Shown: one piece after another, positions 1-4,469 of the stretch
Position numbering within the stretch: position 1 is the first letter of the stretch
Layout: each line of letters starts with the position of its first letter
Origin: Deltaproteobacteria bacterium
GTDB taxonomy: Bacteria > Myxococcota > Kuafuiibacteriia > Kuafuiibacteriales > Kuafuiibacteriaceae
DNA: 13,957 nucleotides
Assembly (NCBI GenBank): GCA_040218735.1
Contig: JAVJQW010000045.1
Coordinates: forward strand, 1 to 13,957
Direction of reading: 5' to 3'
Made by a program: the position numbers and the translations under genes
Notes under the pieces: model-generated
What the model saw: the letters and a program-made list of their open reading frames with translations, nothing else
Database searches by the model: none
What the model was told of the DNA's origin: nothing

Positions 1-1
1 G

Positions 2-265
2 CACAAGAGTCGGCTCGGACGCGAGCTTGTCGGCCAGGACGACGTCGAGGGCTACGCCTTCGAGGAGCTGGTCGCAGAGCTCGGGGCCGCGTTCCTGGCG
101 GCGCAATGCGGGCTGCCGCCGGACGACCGGCACCACGCGGCATACCTGCAGAGTTGGATCGCTGTCCTGGAGAAGGACCCGGGAGCTTTCGTGCGAGCCG
201 CATCGAAGGCGCGCAAGGCGAGTGAGTTCCTGATGGAGACGGCGGCGACCGAGCAGGCGGCGTAG
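2..265 (+). CDS. ardC: C-terminal part (5'-truncated by window) of ArdC-like antirestriction protein, zincin-like MPTase/PolyVal domain
   Basis: Not in the ORF track. Frame from base 2 reads HKSRLGRELVGQDDVEGYAFEELVAELGAAFLAAQCGLPPDDRHHAAYLQSWIAVLEKDPGAFVRAASKARKASEFL..., ending at TAG 263-265. The motifs H.SRL.R, YA.EELVAELGAAFL, HAAY..SW and AAS.A.KA are typical of the ArdC C-terminal domain. Confidence 0.82.
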   Translation, partial: HKSRLGRELVGQDDVEGYAFEELVAELGAAFLAAQCGLPPDDRHHAAYLQSWIAVLEKDPGAFVRAASKARKASEFLMETAATEQAA

Positions 266-291
266 TGGACGCGACGAAGGAGGACTTCACG

Positions 292-528
292 ATGCACGCT
301 TCGAGTTCACGACCACCCAAGCCGAGCCTCGAGGTTGGCGACCAAGTTCGGGTGCGCGGAGAGCTGCGCACGATCGCACGCGAGCCGTTCTGGCTCGACG
401 ACATGCAACGATGGCGCGTCCTGACGAACAATCCCGACCGCACGCAGCAGTTCGTCGACTGCGACGTGCTCGTGCCCGCAGCGCAGCTGCCGCTCTTCGG
501 AGCGCAGGAGCAGGCCACCGATGTCTAG
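292..528 (+). CDS. small hypothetical protein (~78 aa; LEVGDQVRVRG suggests a small SH3/KOW-like beta fold)
   Basis: Strong SD AAGGAGG at 277-283 before ATG 292. Follows the ardC stop on the same strand and overlaps the next ORF. Confidence 0.6.
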   Translation: MHASSSRPPKPSLEVGDQVRVRGELRTIAREPFWLDDMQRWRVLTNNPDRTQQFVDCDVLVPAAQLPLFGAQEQATDV

Positions 529-739
529 CGACGACCGACTCGACCCCAAGCTGGCCGCGACCCTCGACGTCATGAATCGCATCGGCAGCGTCACCGTGCG
601 GCGGACCGTCTTCGGCGATCGATGGTGTCCTGAGGGCACGGGGCGACACGTGACCCGAGCTCAACTCGACCGCCTTGTTCAGGCCGGACGGCTTCGTCGC
701 GAGGTCGACGGTGAAGTTGTCCGGTACACCACGAAGTAG
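521..739 (+). CDS. small hypothetical protein (72 aa; possible winged-helix-like C-terminus)
   Basis: ATG 521 with AGGAG upstream and an 8-bp overlap with the previous ORF. The C-terminus RAQLDRLVQAGRLRREVDGEVVRY resembles a helix plus wing. Confidence 0.55.
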   Translation: MSSDDRLDPKLAATLDVMNRIGSVTVRRTVFGDRWCPEGTGRHVTRAQLDRLVQAGRLRREVDGEVVRYTTK

Positions 740-749
740 GCCGCGGACT

Positions 750-1457
750 TCACCACACGAACGCGCTGTCGCACGACTCGCATCGAATCACTGTGGCCTC
801 CAGCACCTTGCGGCTCGCGCGGATGATGTGCTCGCACTGGCAGGTCGCCTTGACCAGGCGCGAACCCGGACGCTCGTCCTCGCCGCCGCCGGCGTCGTCG
901 CTTCGGTCGGTACCGCGTGCGCTCCCGCCTTGGACACCCCGCGACTTGCCGCCCTTCCCTCCGCTCCGCTGCGCCCGGCCAACGCGCGCGACGAGCGCGG
1001 ACCCGAGCCGATCGATCTGCGTGGCGTAGTGCTTCTTGGTCGCGCGAAGCAGGCTCGTCTCGGAGAAGCCGTAGTGCTCGGTGCGCTCGACGCGCAGCCC
1101 GAGCTCCTCGGCGGCGCGTTGGAAGTGCGCATTGTGGTACTGGCTCGCGGAGCAGTCCGAGACGCCGCGCACGTGGTTGAGCGCGTGCGCCGCTTCGTGC
1201 AGCAGCGTCTCGAACACCGCGTCGGGCTTGCGGTCGAGATACTCCGCGGTCACCACCACCTCGTGCAGGCGCTCGCCGCCCTGCGGCACCCAGCGCAGCG
1301 CGGCGAAGTGGCCGAGGACGCCCGCGCGGTGTGACGGCGCGGGCAACAGCATCACCGGCGGGACCTCGCGGTGCGTGGTGCTGATCGCTTGCCAGGCGTT
1401 GCTCAGCGCCTCGACCAGCTTCACGGCCTCGGGCTTCTTCGCGGTGCTGCGAGGCAT
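750..1457 (-). CDS. SprT-like zinc metalloprotease with C-terminal Zn-ribbon
   Basis: TLLHEAAH (HExxH) followed by QYHNAHF (third His ligand), a Gly-rich linker, and C-terminal CQC...CESC Zn ribbon. Confidence 0.8.
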   Translation of the reverse strand: MPRSTAKKPEAVKLVEALSNAWQAISTTHREVPPVMLLPAPSHRAGVLGHFAALRWVPQGGERLHEVVVTAEYLDRKPDAVFETLLHEAAHALNHVRGVSDCSASQYHNAHFQRAAEELGLRVERTEHYGFSETSLLRATKKHYATQIDRLGSALVARVGRAQRSGGKGGKSRGVQGGSARGTDRSDDAGGGEDERPGSRLVKATCQCEHIIRASRKVLEATVIRCESCDSAFVW

Positions 1458-1459
1458 GG

Positions 1460-1477
1460 TCGGTGTTTAAACACTGA
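1460..1477. promoter_or_regulatory. AT-rich palindrome (candidate operator / -10 region) directly upstream of the sprT-like gene
   Basis: Perfect 12-bp palindrome GTGTTTAAACAC at 1463-1474, extending imperfectly to TCGGTGTTTAAACACTGA. It lies 5 bp from ATG 1457 in otherwise very GC-rich DNA. Confidence 0.45.
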
Positions 1478-1526
1478 TTCGGCTCCGAAAGCCAAGAGGA
1501 AGCTGATGCGCGACGTCCCGCTCGTC

Positions 1527-1579
1527 GGGCGCGTCCCGCGCCCACTCGCCTGCGAAGCCTGGGGCCCGCTCCGTGGGCC
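1527..1579 (-). other. pair of GGA-loop hairpins 3' of VR1 (candidate DGR target-recognition cruciforms)
   Basis: Coding strand GGCCCAC-GGA-GCGGGCC (1579-1563, one mismatch) and GGGCGCG-GGA-CGCGCCC (1543-1527). Confidence 0.65.
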
Positions 1580-2466
1580 TACTGCCCTTCCAGAGCTCGA
1601 CCTCGGGCAAGCCGGAAGCCGACGACCCCGCCGCGATCGTCGCGGAGGTCCGCGCGGCGGAACGCCGCGCGGACGTACCTCGCGCCGTCGTACCACGAGC
1701 CGCCACGCAAGACGCGGGACGGGCGCTCCCCGGGCGCGAGGTACGGATCATGCTGCGCGTCCGTTGTGTACTCGCGATGCCAACCGTCGGCGCACCACTC
1801 GTCGACGTTCCCCAGCATGTCGTGCAGCCCGAACGCGTTGCGACGCCGCGTCTTCACCCTCCGGGTGCCCGCGCGCTCGTGCGGATACTGCTTCTCCGGC
1901 CAGCTCGACGAATCGTGCGCCTCCTCGAGATCGTAGCCTTCGCCCGAGTTTCCGCCGTACCACGCAAACAGGTCCAGCATCGGCGCGTTGTTGTTGCCCA
2001 GCAGCTCGATGGGTCCGTCGTACGGCGGCGCCTGCATGTTCGCGCGGCACGCGTACTCCCACTCCGCCTCCGTCGGCAGCCGCAGCCCAGGCACGAGCTC
2101 GGACGCCTTCGCCAGGAACGCGTTCGCGTCGTCCCACGAGACGTTCTCGACTGGCCGCCGGGGGTCGACGAAGTGGCTCGGGTTCGAACCCATCACCGCC
2201 TCCCACAATGCCTGCGTGCACGGCGTCTGCCCGAGCCAGAATCCCCGCGAGATCGTGACCGAGTGCTGCGGCCCTTCGTTGTCGCGCCGCACCGGCTCGC
2301 CGTCCGCCGAGCCCATCGTGAACGTCCCGGGCGGGATCCACCGCAGGATGTGCTCCACGCCGCCGATCTCGAACCCAACCCAAACGCCCTGCCGATCCTC
2401 GCCCCACGAAGAGGCCCACTCAGGCGGGATGCCGTCGTCGAGCGGGTTGAGGCGATCTTCGTTCAC
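1579..2466 (-). CDS. stand-alone FGE-sulfatase (formylglycine-generating-enzyme-like, CLec-fold) domain protein; DGR target 1
   Basis: Motifs RWIPPGTFTMGS, PVENVSWDDA, LRLPTEAEWEYACRA, NAFGLHDMLGNVDEWC, RGGSW...GFRLAR. Likely start GTG 2466 (GGGGTG upstream). The ORF-track start at 2736 lies inside the TR. Confidence 0.88.
   Translation of the reverse strand: MNEDRLNPLDDGIPPEWASSWGEDRQGVWVGFEIGGVEHILRWIPPGTFTMGSADGEPVRRDNEGPQHSVTISRGFWLGQTPCTQALWEAVMGSNPSHFVDPRRPVENVSWDDANAFLAKASELVPGLRLPTEAEWEYACRANMQAPPYDGPIELLGNNNAPMLDLFAWYGGNSGEGYDLEEAHDSSSWPEKQYPHERAGTRRVKTRRRNAFGLHDMLGNVDEWCADGWHREYTTDAQHDPYLAPGERPSRVLRGGSWYDGARYVRAAFRRADLRDDRGGVVGFRLARGRALEGQ
1602..1727 (-). repeat. DGR variable repeat VR1
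   Basis: 126 bp, ungapped against TR 2628-2753; 18 mismatches, all at TR adenines (coding strand). Encodes PSRVLRGGSWYDGARYVRAAFRRADLRDDRGGVVGFRLAR. Confidence 0.95.
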
Positions 2467-2627
2467 GCCGGCACCCCAACGTCGAGATGGCCGGTGCGCT
2501 CTCGCCGCGGCATCCACACGCGGGTACGCACGCACCAGCCTCCCACTTCCTTTTCGCTCCGCCGCACGATGCGACGAAGACAGGATGAAGATCGGGTCGA
2601 GCCCGGGTCGCCTGACCCACGCTCGCG
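2467..2627 (-). ncRNA. structured spacer 3' of TR (putative DGR RNA priming/structural region)
   Basis: Fold-back hairpin 2595-2628 and long stem GGCUGGUGCG/CGCACCGGCC (2540-2531 with 2498-2489) with inner CCGCG/CGCGG. The U-G wobble works only on the minus-strand transcript. Confidence 0.55.
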
Positions 2628-2753
2628 CTCGGGCAAGCCGGAAGCCGACGTTCTCGTTGCGATTGTCGCGGTGGTTCGCGTTGCGGTACGCCGCGCGGAC
2701 GTTCCTCGCGTTGTCGTTCCACGAGCCGCCACGCATGACGCGGTTCGGGCGCT
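2628..2753 (-). repeat. DGR template repeat (TR)
   Basis: Lies just 3' of the RT stop. Reads KRPNRVMRGGSWNDNARNVRAAYRNANHRDNRNENVGFRLAR with 8 AAC + 1 AAT codons and 27 adenines. Differs from the three VRs almost only at adenines. 3' end GAGCGCGAGC (IMH*) versus GAGGTCGAGC (IMH) in all VRs. Confidence 0.95.
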
Positions 2754-2800
2754 TCGGACCTTCACCCCGGCGGGATTGTCGAGCCTGCGCCGCCCCACGT

Positions 2801-3805
2801 CTACGCCTCCGCCGTCGGCGCGCGCTCGAGGTCGGCGCGCCGAAAGCCGCTGGCCTCCGCGTGGGCGGTGATGGCGAACGCCGCGTCGTAGGCGCGCTGC
2901 AGCGCGAGCGCGTCGAGCACTCCTTCGCGGTAGAGCGCCTCCCACGCCCTTCGGGACCGTGCGTAGCGGCGCATGCGCCGGCGCGACAGCTTCAGCACGC
3001 CGGGATAGATACGAAAGCCGAGGAACGAGAGCCCCGCGTGGCTCCGCTGCACGAAGCCTGGCCCCTTCGGGCGGAGATCGAGCACCTCCTGCAGGAGCAT
3101 CGCCGCCATCGTCCGAACGCGCTCCGCCTCCGCGCGCGTCTGCGTCCACGCGACCACGTCGTCCATGTAGCGGACGTAGCCTCGCACGCGGCCGTCCTCG
3201 GCGAGGCACCGGTCGAGCGGCGCGAGGTAGAAGTTCGCGAAGCTCTGCGACGTCAGCGACCCGATCGGGAGCCCGCGCCCCGCACCGAAGCCCCGGACGA
3301 TGCGGCGCACCAGTGCCCGCACTTCGCGGTCTTTCAGCTTGCGATCCAACGCCGTGCACAACCGGTCGTGGGGGATGCTCGCGAAGTACTTCGCGACATC
3401 GAGCTTCACGTACCAGGGCCAGCGCCGCGTGTGCACCTGCGCGCGCTGGACCGCGGCGAGGCTCCCCTTCCCGACGCGGCACGCGAACGTGTCGTCGACG
3501 AGGGCGCGGTCGAGCGTCGGTCCGATCGCGGCCATCAAGGCGTGGTGCACCACGCGGTCCTCGAACACCGGCGCGTGGATGACGCGCGGCTTCGGATCGC
3601 GAATGGAGAACCGTCGATACACATGGCTCGGGGCCGTTCCTTGGCGGAGGCCGTCGCCGAGCGCGGCCAGGTTGTCGTACGGCCGTCCGCGGAAGCGCTC
3701 CACGTCCTCGCGGCCCGTCTTGCCGCGCGCGGCGCGATGAAAGGCCGAGGCGAGCGCGCCGAGGTTCGCGACGTCGTCGAGCGTCGCGCGGCAGCGCTGT
3801 ACCAT
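2801..3805 (-). CDS. DGR reverse transcriptase (~334 aa)
   Basis: KPRVIHAPVFEDRVVHHAL, KLDVAKYFASIPH, GLPIGSLTSQSFANFYL (DGR-type SQ motif), YVRYMDD catalytic motif, FLGFRI. Start ATG 3805 overlaps the hrdc stop (TGATG). No maturase or endonuclease extension. Confidence 0.95.
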   Translation of the reverse strand: MVQRCRATLDDVANLGALASAFHRAARGKTGREDVERFRGRPYDNLAALGDGLRQGTAPSHVYRRFSIRDPKPRVIHAPVFEDRVVHHALMAAIGPTLDRALVDDTFACRVGKGSLAAVQRAQVHTRRWPWYVKLDVAKYFASIPHDRLCTALDRKLKDREVRALVRRIVRGFGAGRGLPIGSLTSQSFANFYLAPLDRCLAEDGRVRGYVRYMDDVVAWTQTRAEAERVRTMAAMLLQEVLDLRPKGPGFVQRSHAGLSFLGFRIYPGVLKLSRRRMRRYARSRRAWEALYREGVLDALALQRAYDAAFAITAHAEASGFRRADLERAPTAEA

Positions 3806-4281
3806 CAGGACACCACCGTCGGGAGGAGGAGCTCGCGCAGCAGCCCGAGGAACGCGGCGCCGTACTTGTCGACACGCCGTTCGCTCACGCCCGAGATGCG
3901 TCCGAGCGCCGCCTTCGAGGTCATGCGGTCCGTCACCATCTGCGCGAGCTGCTCGTTCGTGAACACGGAGTAGAGAGGCACGCCCGCTTCTGCGGCCTTG
4001 CGCTTTCGCAGCTCGCGAAGTCGCGCGAACACCGCGAAGTCCGACTCCGAAAGCACCTCGCGATAGTCCACCTTCGGTGACCGCGACGTCGTCGTCGTCG
4101 TCGTTTCCTCCGCCCTCGCGGCATCGGCGTAGGTGACACAGATGGCCCACGTCGCCGCGCCGTGCTCCGTCACGAGGTGACGGTCGACCGCCAACACGTT
4201 GCGCTGCGCGAGGAACTTGTTGAGGGCTTCCCAGCCCGGACGTGGGTCGAGGACGGGGATAGTGAAGAATTCGAGTTTCAT
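3805..4281 (-). CDS. HRDC-domain DGR accessory protein
   Basis: C-terminal FARLRELRKRKAAEAGVPLYSVFTNEQLAQM...ALGRISGVSERRVDKYGAAFL is an HRDC domain. Translationally coupled to the RT; hrdc is a known DGR accessory gene class. Confidence 0.88.
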   Translation of the reverse strand: MKLEFFTIPVLDPRPGWEALNKFLAQRNVLAVDRHLVTEHGAATWAICVTYADAARAEETTTTTTSRSPKVDYREVLSESDFAVFARLRELRKRKAAEAGVPLYSVFTNEQLAQMVTDRMTSKAALGRISGVSERRVDKYGAAFLGLLRELLLPTVVS

Positions 4282-4316
4282 CGGCAGCCATAGCGAATCG
4301 CGGACCGTGACGCCTC

Positions 4317-4469
4317 CGCCGGCGCGTCCCGCGCCGGCGCTCGGGACGGCTCCGCCGTCGGTCCTCCGAGCGACCCAGGAGCGTGTCCATGCATCGCCTC
4401 AGCCACGACTGTTCTTGCGTAACCCCTCCGGGCTCGGCGGCTCCGCCACGGGGACTCCCCCTCCGGGGG
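4317..4469 (-). other. cluster of GGA-loop hairpins 3' of VR2
   Basis: Coding strand CCCCC-GGA-GGGGG (4469-4457), GTGGC-GGA-GCCGC (4449-4437), GACGGC-GGA-GCCGTC (4359-4345) and CGCCGGCGCG-GGA-CGCGCCGGCG (4339-4317, 10-bp stem). Confidence 0.65.

Noticed and set aside
2467-2736. N-terminal extension of the 385-aa ORF, running in frame through the TR into the FGE gene
   Set aside because: It is the TR plus structured spacer. TRs naturally translate like VRs and stops are rare at this GC content. GTG 2466 matches the domain start. A translated fusion cannot be wholly excluded.
2801-3805. Group II intron, retron or CRISPR-associated RT
   Set aside because: The SQ motif, short size, absence of maturase or Cas1 domains and presence of TR/VR pairs identify a DGR RT.
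4087-4104. (ACG)6 repeat encoding poly-Thr in hrdc as a phase-variation tract
   Set aside because: In-frame trinucleotide repeat in a linker; length change would not switch expression.
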